The position numbers were made by a program, and so were the translations under genes. 64,000 bases of DNA, from positions 3,542 through 67,541 of the forward strand of contig CBDCUK010000002.1 of assembly GCA_965222755.1 (NCBI GenBank), written 5' to 3'. This DNA comes from Mycoplasmatales bacterium. GTDB taxonomy: Bacteria > Bacillota_I > Bacilli_A > Mycoplasmatales > JABABV01. The notes under the pieces were generated by a model. It did not search any database and had not been told where the DNA came from. It saw only the letters and a list, made by a program, of their open reading frames with translations. The stretch's first letter is position 1; each line of letters starts with the position of its first letter. Of this stretch, positions 10,047-22,189 are shown piece by piece.

Positions 10047-11048
10047 ATGATAAAAACAGAACAATATTTATTAGCAATTGAAAGTAGCTGTGATGAAACA
10101 GGGATCGCTATTATGAAAAATGGTAAATTAGTTGCTAATAAAATAATATCTCAAATTGATAAATTTGTTGATTATGGCGGGGTCATTCCAGAATTATCTT
10201 CAAGATTTCATCAATACAACATTCCTTTTGTATTAAATTCAGCTCTAGAAGAAGCAGGAATAAAACTTTCAGACATTGATATAGTGGCTTATACTTATGG
10301 TCCAGGATTAATAGGAGCACTTCAAATAGGAGCTATTTTTGCGAAAACAATTGCGATATCTTATAATATCCCACTTATTCCAATTCATCATTTAGAAGGT
10401 CATATCCATAGCGCTAATATTGAAAGTGAAATAATTTATCCAGCATTAGCTTTAATTGTTTCTGGTGGTCATACTGAGTTAGTTTATATGGAAAAAATGT
10501 TTGATTATAATATTATTGGATCAACTAGAGATGATGCTGTTGGGGAATGTTATGACAAAGTTGCTCGTGTGCTCGGTCTCGAATATCCTGGTGGTCCAAA
10601 AATTGACGAATTAAGCATTGAAGGTCACGCGGCTTATAAACTAAAAATGCCACTTGATGATGACAGTTTTGATTTTTCATTTTCTGGTTTAAAATCTTCT
10701 TTTTTAAATTTATATAATAAATTAAAAAGATCTCATGAATTAATCAATGAAGCTGATTTAGCAGCTTCATTACAGCATAGCGCAGTATCGATTTTAATTA
10801 AAAAAACGAAAGCAGCAGTTACTGAATACAAACCAACAACAGTGGTTTTATGTGGTGGAGTTAGCGCTAATAAATATTTACGTGCACAAATTATGAAATT
10901 ACGAAATACTAATGTTATAATTCCTGCTTTTAAATATTGTACTGATAATGGAGCAATGATTGCACAAGCTGCTTGAAACCGATTTATTAATAATAATTTT
11001 GAAAATAATTACTTTAAAGAAACGAAATCAAGCGATAAATTACAATAA
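10047..11048 (+). CDS. tsaD: tRNA N6-adenosine threonylcarbamoyltransferase TsaD
   Basis: The motifs LAIESSCDETGIAI, HHLEGHI, VSGGHTEL and GGVSANKYLR are present. The CDS extends through TGA to TAA at 11046-11048. Confidence 0.92.
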
Positions 11049-11119
11049 ATTTATATTAGTATTTTTTTTTGATATAATATATCTAATTTGTTTTTATAAA
11101 AAAACTTGGAGGTTAAAAT

Positions 11120-11716
11120 ATGAATAACAAAAATACTAATAATTGTAATCATTCTAATAGCAATGAAGTTTACATCGGGAAACAAGCACCAGACTTTACA
11201 ATGGAAGCTTTTTTACCAGATGGAACATTTGGAGAAGTTAGTTTAAAAGCTAATAAAGCAGCTAACAAATGAACAATTTTATACTTCTATCCTGCAGACT
11301 TTACGTTTGTTTGTCCAACAGAAATTCGTGAATTATCAAAATTAACTAAAGATTTTCACGCAGAAAATGCTGAAGTTATTGCTGTATCTGTTGATTCAAC
11401 TTTTTCACATATGCATTGATTCAAAGGTGATCTTGGAAGAATAGAACACCCAATGGCATCTGATAAAACTCATAAATACGCAAAATTATATCGTGTTTAT
11501 GATGATGAAAAAGGAGTTTCTTGACGTGGATTGTTTATTATTGATCCTGAAGGAATTCTGTGAGCTCAATATGTAACCAACGGTGAAGTAGGTCGTAATG
11601 CTGAAGAAGCACTACGTTTAATCCGAGCATCAAAAGCTGCTAAAGATGGTAAATTAGTACCATGTAATTGAAAACCTTCTGATGCATTTTTAAAGAAAAA
11701 TAATTCTAATACTTAA
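11120..11716 (+). CDS. Typical 2-Cys peroxiredoxin (AhpC/Tsa family)
   Basis: The sequence has [19 protein letters not shown] (peroxidatic Cys) and a resolving Cys in LVPCNWKP. A GGAGG RBS is present. It is missed by the track because it contains 6 in-frame TGA codons. Confidence 0.9.
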
Positions 11717-11727
11717 AATAATTTTTT

Positions 11728-11763
11728 GCAAAACACACAAATTCAACAATTTGTGTGTTTTGC
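11728..11763. repeat. Perfect 16-bp inverted repeat (hairpin, 4-nt loop) in the peroxiredoxin-thiN spacer
   Basis: GCAAAACACACAAATT-caac-AATTTGTGTGTTTTGC. The T-run lies upstream of the stem, not downstream. Confidence 0.7.
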
Positions 11764-11786
11764 AATAATAAGGAGTTGCTTATATA

Positions 11787-12404
11787 ATGATTAAAAGAGC
11801 TATCATAGTAACTAAATATTTAAGTAAAAAACCTCATTTTAATGGCGATTATATTGGTGTTGAAAACGGAATTAATTATTTAAAATCACAAAATATCACT
11901 ATGGTAAAAGCGATGTGTGATTTGGATAGTGTTATTAACGAAGAAAAACAAAAAGAAATTATTAATATGAGTAACTTTATTCATAAAAAAGATCAAATCA
12001 TTAGTGATAGTGAATATGCAATTAAGTGAGCTATTAAAAATAATTATCAAGAAATTTATTTAATTACTGGCGGATCAAGATTAGATATGGATATTCATAC
12101 TTTTAATTTAGTTTTAAAATATAATATCGTTGCGATCATTAACAACGAACATTTAATTATTAATTTAAAATATGGGATAAACAAAATTTCACCATTAACA
12201 GTTAATGCTTTTTTTAATATTTTTGCTTTCAATAACACAATTATAAATATTAAAAAAGCACTTTATAACGTTGAAAATTATCAAGTTTTAAAGCACGATA
12301 CCAGATTAGTTAGCAATCAGTTTGTTAATAATAATTCTATAGAAGTTGAAGTTTTAGATAAAAACGCTCAACTAGTGTTAACTGCTAGTCCTTATGATAA
12401 ATAA
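11787..12404 (+). CDS. thiN: Thiamine diphosphokinase
   Basis: The translation has the TPK layout: IGVENG...CDLDS...SDSEYAIKW...ITGGSRLDMDIH. The fragments 11787 and 12087 share a frame. Confidence 0.75.
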
Positions 12405-12426
12405 ATTTTGAGAAGAGTCTGATAAT

Positions 12427-13272
12427 ATGACAAAAATTCTAAACGGGACATTGGTAGCTCGTAAAATTATCGATAATATCAAAACAGAAATCAAAACAAA
12501 TAATTTAAAACTTAAATTAGTTATAATTTTAATTGGTGATGATCGATCTAGCGAAATATATGTAGCACATAAAATGAAAAAATGTGATGAAGTTAATATT
12601 GCTACTGAATTAGTTAAATTTAATAATGATATTGATTTTGAATCAATAATTAGTAATATTAACAAATTAAATAATGATGATAGTGTTACTGGGATATTAT
12701 TACAATTACCGCTACCAAAACATTTACAAAAAAATCAAAAATTATTATTAGATGCTATTAATCCATTAAAAGATGTTGATGGTCTTAATTATTTAAATAT
12801 TATCCAACGTAAAAATAATCAAAATGGTATCATTCCAGCAACACCTAAAGGAATTTTAGAATTACTAAAATATTATGATGTTAAATTAATTAATAAAAAT
12901 ATTTGTATTATCGGAACAAGTATTATTGTTGGACAACCTTTAGCTATTGAGTTTAGAAATAAAAATATTAATTATGTTTGTCTTGATCGCGAAACAGATA
13001 ATAAAATTTTTATTGAAACTCTAAAAAACGCCGATATTATTATTAGTGCGACAGGTGTAAAACATTTGATTAACAGTAGAGATCAAGTTAAAAAAAATGT
13101 TGTTTTAATTGATGTTGGTATTTGTAAGACAAAAACTAAGAAAATTTATGGGGATATTAATACTGATAAATTCATTGGATATGCTAATGCTATTACTCCT
13201 GTTCCTGGTGGTGTTGGTCCTATGACAATTGCTGCTTTATTAGAAAACATATTAATTATTAATAAATGGTAG
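12427..13272 (+). CDS. folD: Bifunctional methylenetetrahydrofolate dehydrogenase/cyclohydrolase
   Basis: The motifs IGDDRSSEIYV..K, ILLQLPLPKHL, TPKGILELL and ITPVPGGVGPMTIAALLEN are present. Confidence 0.9.
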   Translation: MTKILNGTLVARKIIDNIKTEIKTNNLKLKLVIILIGDDRSSEIYVAHKMKKCDEVNIATELVKFNNDIDFESIISNINKLNNDDSVTGILLQLPLPKHLQKNQKLLLDAINPLKDVDGLNYLNIIQRKNNQNGIIPATPKGILELLKYYDVKLINKNICIIGTSIIVGQPLAIEFRNKNINYVCLDRETDNKIFIETLKNADIIISATGVKHLINSRDQVKKNVVLIDVGICKTKTKKIYGDINTDKFIGYANAITPVPGGVGPMTIAALLENILIINKW

Positions 13273-13334
13273 TAATATATATAATATAAAATAGTATAAA
13301 AAATTAATTAATTACCCGAAAGGAAATCGATTTT

Positions 13335-14702
13335 ATGATTATACACGAAATATTATCAAACCCAGAAAAATATTTAGAAAAAGAAATTACAATTAAATCT
13401 TGAGTAACTTTTAATCGTAGTTCTAACCGTATAGGTTTTTTAACGATTAATGATGGAACTAAATTTGAAAGTTTACAAGTTGTTTACAAAAAAGATATCT
13501 TAGAAAATTTTGCAGAAATTGCTAAATTATTAGGAGCAAGTTCAGTTGAAATAACTGCTAAATTTGTTAAATCAAATGCCAAAGGACAAGATTTTGAACT
13601 TTTTGCTAATAAAATAATAATTTTAAAATCAGTTGATTCAGATTATCCTTTACAAAAAAAAGAACATACTTTTGAATTTTTAAGAGAAATTGCTCATTTA
13701 CGTCCAAAAACAAATGTTTTTAGAGCGGTATTTAAAATCAGGTCAGTTCTTGGACAGTTAATTCATCAATTTTTTATGTCAGAAAAATATTTATGAGTTC
13801 ACGCTCCAATAATTACTGAAAATGATGCTGAGGGTGCAGGAGAAAGTTTTATTGTTACAACTCGTACTGATGATAAATATGAACAAGATTTCTTTTCAAA
13901 GAAAGCATCTTTAACAGTATCAGGACAATTATCAGCCGAAGCTTACGCCCAAGCATTTCGTAAAGTATATAGTTTTGGACCTACTTTTAGAGCTGAAAAA
14001 TCTAATACTCAAAGACATGCAGCTGAATTTTGAATGTTAGAACCAGAATTAGCATTTGGTGATTTAATGGATGATTTAGAATTAGCAGAAAAATTAATTA
14101 AATTCTTAATTATTAATACATTAGATAAATGTCAAGAAGAATTAACATATCTAAATGATAAAATTGATAATAAATTAATCGAGAAGTTAAGCAATGTAGC
14201 TAATAAAAAATTTAATATTTTAGAATATCGTGATGCAATTAAGATTTTAATTACTGCTCAAGAAAATGGACATGAATTTGAATTTAAGAACATTAAATTT
14301 GGTATTGACTTAGCAACTGAACATGAAAAATATTTAGCAGAAATACATTGTCAAGGTCCGGTTTTTGTAATTAATTATCCAAAGAATATCAAAGCATTTT
14401 ACATGCGTTTAAATGATGATCAAGAAACTGTCGCTGCTTTTGATTTATTAGTTCCTGGAATTGGTGAATTAGTTGGTGGATCACAACGTGAAGAACGTTA
14501 TCAAGTTTTAGAATCACGTATGAAAGAACTAAATATCAGTACCGAAGAACTAGGGTGATATTTAGAAATGCGCCGTTTTGGGAGTTCAAAAAGTTGTGGA
14601 TTTGGATTAGGTTTCGAAAGATTAGTAATGTACTTTACAAGTATGGCAAATATTAGAGATGTTATTTCATTTCCTCGAACACCAAAAAATCTTAAATTTT
14701 AA
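13335..14702 (+). CDS. asnS: Asparagine--tRNA ligase
   Basis: Class IIb motifs are present: [29 protein letters not shown] and [10 protein letters not shown]. It starts at ATG 13335, in the same frame as fragment 14034-14558, and ends at TAA 14700-14702. Confidence 0.92.
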
Positions 14703-14714
14703 GGAGAATAAATT

Positions 14715-15707
14715 ATGGAAATATTAGTTACTGGAGGAGCTGGCTATATCGGTTCCCACACAGTTAAAGAATTACAAAAAAAAAATCATAAAGTTATTGT
14801 AATTGATAATTTAAGTTCCGGGCATAAAGGAACATTAAATAAAGACGTGGTTTTTTACAAAGGAAATATTAATAATCGTGAATTATTAGATAAAATTTTT
14901 AATAATCACAACATTAATACAGTTATGAATTTTGCAGCTGATATTTCAGTGGCCGAATCAGTCAACAAACCATTAAAATATTTTACTAATAACAGTAGTA
15001 ATTTTGCAGTTCTTCTAGATGCTATGCGTCGTAACAATATTAAAAATATTGTTTTTTCTTCAACTGCTGCCGTTTATGGTGAAGTTAAAAAAATTCCTCT
15101 ATTAGAAACAGCCCCACTATCACCGATCAATCCTTATGGATTTTCAAAAATGGTTAGTGAAGAATTAACAAAATATTGCGCTGAAGCATATGGTTTAAAT
15201 TATGTTATTTTTCGCTACTTTAATGTGGCTGGAGCTAGTATAGATGGAGATATAGGTTTATGCCCACAAGATAATCCTTTAACACATTTAATTCCAGTTG
15301 TCGTTGAAAAAGCACTTGGAATTCGTGATCAATTATCAGTTTATGGTAGTGGTTTAAAAACCAGAGATGGTAGTTGTATTCGTGATTATATTCATGTTAG
15401 TGATTTAGCATATGCCCATGTTTTAGCTTTAAAACCATTATTAAATAATAAATCCGGGATTTATAATTTAGGTTCTAATAGCGGGTATAGTGTTCTAGAA
15501 GTAATTCATACTTGTGAAGAGATTATTGGTTCAAAAATCGCATATCAAGTAGTGGATCGTCGTCCTGGGGACCCGATTGCTTTAGTTGCTGATGCAACAA
15601 AAGCACACCAAGAACTTAATTGAACACCAAAATATAAGTTATTTGATATCATTAAAAGTGATATCGCTTGACGTAAAAAATTAGCATCCGGATTTAAATA
15701 TGAATAA
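14715..15707 (+). CDS. galE: UDP-glucose 4-epimerase
   Basis: The motifs VTGGAGYIGSH, an SDR-type YGFSK and DGSCIRDYIHV are present. The CDS extends through 2 TGA codons to TAA at 15705-15707. Confidence 0.9.
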
Positions 15708-16356
15708 CGAAAGATATGAAGAGCAAGTTGTTTTTGTTGCTGCTGGTTTTTGAAAAAGATTATTATCAAGAATAATTGATAATAGTTTTTTTCTTATCTT
15801 TATTGTAATTTTCTTTACTAGTTCAATTAATAATAACCATTATCGTAGTGAGTGATTACGCTTAATCGGTGTTTTCGGAACAATAATAGTTATTTCTGGA
15901 GCTAATATTATTCCTTTATTTTTTGGTAGTGGACAAACTTTAGGTAAAAAAATATTTGGTATGAAAATTATCGATTTAGAAGAACGTAATAATAAAAAAT
16001 ATTTAATCAAACGCGAAATATTCTTTTCATTTTTATTGATGTTTAATTTCGTTATGTTTTTTACTTTTATTAATAGTAATTTATTATTAGAGATGAATAA
16101 ATCAAATAATGATTTATCTAATTCAAAAAAAATGTTAGTAAATTTAATTTTGAGTTTTATGAGTTTTTGATGAATTTTTGTTATTGGTTGCGGATTTATT
16201 ATGGTTTTTAGAAAAGATAAAAAACATTTAGCTGATTTATACAGCGGCACTATGGTTATTTTAATTGCTAAAACCCATGAAGTTAGAGTCGCATTAAAGA
16301 CAAGTGTTGAACCACTTCCTGTAAAACCAAAAAAGAAATTGGAGTACATAGATTAA
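15700..16356 (+). CDS. RDD-family membrane protein
   Basis: The start ATG overlaps the galE stop (ATGAATAA). The sequence contains AGFWKRLLSRIIDNSFF and GQTLGKKIFGMKIID, the RDD domain hallmarks. The 169-aa antisense track ORF 15840-16349 is rejected. Confidence 0.75.
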
Positions 16357-16357
16357 T

Positions 16358-18529
16358 ATGAAACAATTAAATACTAATCAAAAAACAGCAGTATTATTAA
16401 ATAATGTTCCTTTAAGAATTATTGCTGGAGCTGGTACTGGAAAAACAACAGTTATTTGTGAAAAAATTAAATATTTAATCAGTAACATTGCTTTGAAGCC
16501 TCATCGAATTCTGGCAATCACTTTTACTAACAAAGCCGCTAAAGAAATGCGCGATCGAATTTTAAAAGATATTGATAGCAGCTTTGGGATTCCTGTCATT
16601 AGAACTTATCATAGTTTTTGTGCTAAGTTTTTACGCAGCGAAATTCAAATCTTAGGTTTTGAACGCGACTTTATAATTTTAGATACTGATGATCAAAAAT
16701 CATTAATATCAAACGTAATTTTAGCTAGAGGATTTAAAAAAAGCGATTTCAAACCAAAACAATTATTAGATATTTTTGGTAAATGATCAAAAGAAAAATA
16801 TAGTATTAGTGATTTAAAAAAAGCAATGGAAGCAGACGAAGAAGACCAAGTATTACTATATGAAGATTATTTAAATGCTAAGCATAAACATAATGTTCTT
16901 GATTTTGATGATCTTATTTTAAAAACAGAATTAATTTTATCTCAATATCCAGAAATTGCTCAAAAATGAAGTGATTTCTTCGATTATGTTTTAGTTGATG
17001 AGTTTCAAGATACTAGTTTTTTCCAATATAACATTATTAAAGCACTAACTTTAAAGCAACAAAATTTATGTGTTGTTGGTGATCCTGATCAAACTATTTA
17101 TTCATGACGTGGTGCTAATGTAGAAATTATTATTAATTTGGAAAAAGATTATCCAAAATTACAAACAATTGCTTTGACACGAAACTATCGCTCGCCTCAA
17201 AAAATCCTTAATTTAGCAAATGATTTAATCACTAATAATAAAAATCGTATTGCCAAAGAATTACATTCTGATGATAATCAACAATTACCAATTATGTATT
17301 ACGATGCCCCATCAACTACTGGAGAAGCACATTGAGTTTGTGAACAAATTAAAAATTTACAAGCAAAAAAAGTACCTTTAAATAATATAGCGATTTTATA
17401 TCGCTTAAATAGAATAAGTCTTTATTTAGAGCAATCTTTAATTAATGAAGGATTAGCCTATAAAATTATCGGTAACATTAACTTTTTTTCTCGTAAAGAA
17501 ATTAAAGATTTTTTAAGTTATTTATGAGTGGTTGTTAACCATAATAATTTTTATTTAGAAAGAATTATTAATGTCCCATCACGTGCAATTGGAAATAAAA
17601 CTTGAAGTAAAATTAGAGATTATGCTAATAGTCATAATATTAATTATTTTGATACCCTTAATAATCATTTATCAGATATTAAATTAAGTGCAAAAGTAAG
17701 CCAAAAATTAAAGTTGTTTATTGAAGTTATTAAAACTACTCGTGATAAATTAGAAGTAATTAATCCCAATCAGATTATTAGTCTTTTAAATGAATTATTT
17801 GTTAATAGTGGTTATAAACAATATTTGTTAGATTTATCTATTACAGAGAAAAAATTCTTAGGAAATCGTACAGATAATGTTATAGAATTATTTAAATTTA
17901 TTGATAATAGGATTCATAAAGATAATAATTCGTCAAATAATAATATAGCGATTTTATCAGATATATTATCTGATTTAAATTTATTATCAAACCATAATAA
18001 TGACGAGGAAGAAAAACGCTTAGAACCAAAGATTCAATTGATGACTGTTCATCATGCTAAAGGATTAGAATTTCCATATGTATTTGTTGTTGGTTTAAAC
18101 GAAGAAATTGCTCCCTTTTCAAAATCGCTTTTAAATATCGAAGAAGAACGTCGCATAATTTATGTAGCCGTTACACGTGCTCAAAAACAATTATTCGTTA
18201 CTAGCGCAACGCGCTTTAGTTTTGAATATTTAGATACACCACTTCCGGTTTCACGTTTTATAAATGAAGTACGAACTCATTTAACTGTTGCTAGTCCTAT
18301 ACCGCAAACAAAAATAAGATTAACAGGACTTGAAAAAACGACAGTTCAACCACAAGATAACTACTTTAAAGATCAACGTAATTTTATTATTGGTGATGTT
18401 GTTGAACATAAAATATTTGGCTTAGGTACAGTTGTTAATATTGAAAATAATATTATTAGTATTGCTTTTAAATTTAATACTGGAGTTAAAAAATTTCTAA
18501 AAAATCACAAATCAATTAAAAAACACTAA
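16358..18529 (+). CDS. pcrA: ATP-dependent DNA helicase, UvrD/PcrA family
   Basis: The motifs AGAGTGKTT (Walker A), [38 protein letters not shown] and YVAVTRA are present. Three track fragments lie in one frame. Confidence 0.9.
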
Positions 18530-18556
18530 TCCTTATTATTGAAATTTTCAATTTAG

Positions 18557-18565
18557 TGATAAAAT
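18557..18565 (+). promoter_or_regulatory. Possible extended -10 promoter (TGATAAAAT) for the 18611 orphan gene
   Basis: TGnTAAAAT lies at 18557-18565, with TTGAAA at 18539-18544 across a 15-nt spacer. It sits just after the pcrA stop. Confidence 0.4.
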
Positions 18566-18610
18566 ATTATGTAAATTAGATAATTATATTTTAAAAATAG
18601 GAGGAATTTT

Positions 18611-20311
18611 ATGTTTTGATTAATTTTATCTTTTTTAATTATTATTATTGCAATCGTAGTTTCTATTTTTATTTGACGAAGCTTTCCTAACGTTGGACGA
18701 TTAAGTAACTTATTATTTAAAATTGATATTAATAATAATTTGATTATTATCTATACTTTACAAGATAGAAAGTATAATTATTATTTCCAATCTCTAGCAA
18801 TAATATTTAATAAAAGAATCACTGCTGATGGTGTTTTAACAATTACTTGGATTGAATTTTTAAAATTAAATTTAACCACTTCAACTTCATTATTAAATAA
18901 CTTTTTAAAAACATTAAAAAATTTTCACAATACAAAACCAAAAATTAATTCTCAACACCAGTTCAATATTCATTTTAAAAATACGACTAAATGAAAATTT
19001 CCAATTAAATTTAAAATGATCTTATTTAATTATGAACCAGTTCAACAAATTTTATATGGTAAATTAACACATCATCTATCTTTTTATCATAAGGAATTTG
19101 ATAATAATTACAAAAGTAAAATTATTAATTATGATATTAATCAAAAAATTATTAATATCGCATTACTAAAAAATCAAAATTCAGGAATTGTTTTTTATTT
19201 AAATTTTAATCGTTATTTATTAAAGTTAGTTGGAAAGCAAACAGGAATGATTTCGATTATTAAAAATATTATTTTTGAAGTCCTTACTAAAAAAGGCTTT
19301 ATTATTACGAATGAAAATAATTTAGAGTTTTATATTTTTAAATTTGGTAATTTGAAATTTATCAGTGTTAAAAAAATAATGAAAAAAGAATTTAAAAAAT
19401 GTTATCGTGACATTAGCAAAAGTTTAGTTTTCAATCTACCATTCGAATGTGGAGCCGCTTACATTAGAAATATAAAAAAAACAAATAACATTATTAGTGC
19501 TAAAAGAAAAGCCAAGTTTTCATACAATGAGTTATTAGAAAATAACATTAATTGAGGAATGAGTAAAAAAATTAATAGTCATTTTCATTATAAAATTTTC
19601 AATGTAAGAAAAGATGAAAATAGTTTTAAGCGTTTTACTAGTTCTTATTTAACTTTTTCAACCGCATTACAAAAAGCTAATTTTATTTTAAGATCAGAAC
19701 CTATTATTAATAATGATAAAAGTATTTTAATCGGTAATTTAATTGACATTTTACCAGTTGAAAATATTGCCATATTTAAAGAAAAAAACTTGAGCAGACA
19801 AATCAAGTACTATGGTTTAACATCTCTTTATGATGTTTTTACATTGCATAAATTAAAAGATCATTTAAAAAAAGTACAAAACAACGAAACTTATGTGATC
19901 AGAATTTTTGCTTGAACCTTATTAAATAATATTGAAGAAATTACTAGTCCTAAAGATCGTTATTTTAATAATAGAATTATTATCTTAATTAATGATTTTG
20001 AAAAATTATCAATTAATCAAATGTTTATTATTCAAAAACGTTTAGTTGATACTGGTTATAAAATTGCTTTATATAATGTTTATGATTATGAAATATCTGA
20101 AAAATTTATAGTCTTTATTAAACCAGAATTAATTTTTATGAGTCGCCGATTAATTTCTGGAATTAGTAATAACGCTGAAAACAAAACAAAAATATTGTCA
20201 TTTAAAAAATTATTACAAAACGAAAATGGTGCAATCATCATTAACCAACCAGATAACTCAGAAGATAGTTTATTTTTAACTAATTTTGGATTTAAAAACT
20301 GAATTTCATAA
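18611..20311 (+). CDS. Membrane-anchored orphan protein (566 aa); possible degenerate GGDEF-EAL-like architecture
   Basis: An AGGAGG RBS lies 7 nt upstream of ATG 18611. Four track fragments (18740, 19016, 19559, 20021) lie in one frame, joined by 6 TGA-Trp codons, and end at TAA 20309-20311. The N-terminal TM segment is FWLILSFLIIIIAIVVSIFIW. Confidence 0.75.
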
Positions 20312-20349
20312 CTATCAATAACAATGATTTAGAAAGAAGTGAACTTAAT

Positions 20350-21786
20350 ATGAAACAGAGAGAAAGAATAACTCCTTTGGAAACAGATTTTGCTAAATGG
20401 TATACTGATGTAGTAAAACAAAGTGAATTAATGACTTATGGGCCTGTAAAAGGAACTATTATATTTGAACCTAGTGGGTTTGCCATCTGAGATAATATTA
20501 AAAATGTTTTAGATGATAAATTTAAAAAACTAGGAGTTAATAATGTATATTTTCCATTATTCATACCAAAAAAATATTTAGAAAAGGAAAAAGATCATAT
20601 TGAAGGTTTTTCTCCTGAAGTAGCAACAATTACTAAAGTTGGAGAAACACAACTTGAAGAAGAAATCGTAGTAAGGCCAACATCAGAAGTATTATTTTGC
20701 AATTATTTTGCTGATAAAATTAACTCATATAAAGATTTACCAATCTTATATAATCAATGAGCTAATGTAGTTCGTTGAGAAAAAACAACAAGACCATTTT
20801 TGAGAACTTCAGAATTTTTATGACAAGAAGGTCATACAGTTCATACTAATGCAATCGAAGCGCGTCAAATGGCACGTCGCATGATTAAAGTTTATAGTAA
20901 GTTTTTAAGAGATTATTTAGCAATTCCAACTTTAATGGGTAAAAAAACACCATTAGAAAGATTTGCTGGAGCTAAAACAACTTATACTATTGAAGCTTTG
21001 ATGAAAGATGGGAAAGCATTACAATCTGGGACTTCTCATTATTTAGGACAGAATTTTTCACATGCATTTAATATTAAGTTTCAAAACCAAGATAATAAAT
21101 TAGAATTTGCCTATCAAACTTCATGAGGTGTTTCTACTCGTTTAATTGGAGCATTAATTATGTGTCATAGTGATAATTACGGATTAGTAATTCCGCCAAA
21201 AATAGCACCAATCAAAATTGTTATTATGACGATTTTTGCAGATAGAAACCCCCAAGTTAATGAAGTAGCAAAGCTACTTTATAAAAAATTACATCGTCGT
21301 TTCGCCACAATTATTGACGATAGTAATAAAGGACCAGGTTATAAAGCTGCTGCTAACGAAATCAAAGGAATGCCAATTCGCATTGAAGTTGGACCTCGAG
21401 ATTTAGAAAATAATGAAGTTACAATTGTTCGTCGTGATACTTTAGCTAAAACAAAAATTAAAATAGAAGAAGTGAATGACGCGATCAAACCTTTATTAAT
21501 TGATATTCAAAATTCAATGTTAGAAAAAGCTACTAAACATTTAAATGATCGCATTGTGACTGTTGAAAATTATGATCAATTTAAAGAAAATATTAAAAAT
21601 AATAATATTGTTTTAGCGCCATTTTGATGTAATAGTGCTGCAGAATTAAAAATCAAAAACGAAACAACTGCAACAACTCGTTGTATTCCAATGGGTGAAG
21701 TTTCAAAACCAAAACCAGGAACACGTTGTTTTTATAATCCAAATAAAATTGCCAACAAAATGGTATATTTTGCAAAAGCTTATTAA
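20350..21786 (+). CDS. proS: Proline--tRNA ligase (short, archaeal/eukaryote-like type)
   Basis: The sequence contains [60 protein letters not shown] and SHYLGQNFS. Three fragments lie in one frame. Confidence 0.92.
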
Positions 21787-21803
21787 TAATAAGCTTTTTT
21801 TCT
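21774..21803 (+). terminator. Intrinsic terminator overlapping the proS stop codon
   Basis: AAAAGCTTATT (21774-21784) pairs with AATAAGCTTTT (21788-21798), followed by a T-run. Confidence 0.6.
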
Positions 21804-21830
21804 TGCTTTTTAAGTGTTAAGCAGTTTTAC

Positions 21831-21859
21831 TTGACAGATAACGTTTTTTTTTATATAAT
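21831..21859 (+). promoter_or_regulatory. Consensus sigma-A promoter of the rpsP-rimM-trmD-rplS operon
   Basis: TTGACA (21831-21836), a 17-nt spacer and TATAAT (21854-21859). An AAAGGAGG RBS lies at 21883-21890. Confidence 0.75.
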
Positions 21860-21897
21860 TTTTAAGAAAATCTAGATATATAAAAGGAGGAAATTTA

Positions 21898-22182
21898 ATG
21901 GTAAAATTACGTTTAAAAAGAATTGGTAAAAAACATTATCCGATTTATCGTATTGTTGCAGCTGATGCAAGAGCACCTCGTGATGGACGCTTTATTGAAG
22001 AGTTAGGAACTTACAACCCTCATAATAAAGAAGTTAAAATCAATGAAGAAAAAGTTCTTAAATGATTAAGTGACGGTGCTATTGCTACTGACACAGTTAA
22101 AAATCTAATGTCTCAACAAGGAATTTTAAAAACATTTCACGATGCAAAAACTCAAGCTAAAAAAACTAAAAGTGTTAAGTAA
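21898..22182 (+). CDS. rpsP: 30S ribosomal protein S16
   Basis: The translation [41 protein letters not shown] fits S16. It has one TGA-Trp and is not in the track. Confidence 0.95.
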
Positions 22183-22189
22183 TTAATTT

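Noticed and set aside
12378-12665. A 95-aa minus ORF across the thiN-folD junction. Other short antisense ORFs are similar (9011-9196, 29811-30110, 31094-31327, 33040-33258, 37342-37533, 42926-43165, 54475-54744, 61343-61876).
   Set aside because: All lie opposite strongly supported genes and lack start-site signals. They are treated as spurious.
13273-13334. T-box or other riboswitch leaders were expected upstream of the aminoacyl-tRNA synthetase genes (asnS, proS, trpS) and ribF.
   Set aside because: The upstream spacers are only about 40-110 nt and nearly devoid of G or C. They are too short and unstructured for a T-box or FMN element, and no specifier or T-box sequence was seen.
15700-15707. 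The galE/RDD 8-nt overlap (ATGAATAA) as a possible frameshift or fusion.
   Set aside because: This is an ordinary start/stop overlap. Both proteins are complete in their own frames.
15840-16349. A 169-aa minus-strand ORF in the track.
   Set aside because: It is antisense to the RDD-family gene, which has recognisable RDD motifs and couples to galE. The minus ORF has no RBS and shows a typical AT-rich shadow-ORF composition (F/I/K/L/N).
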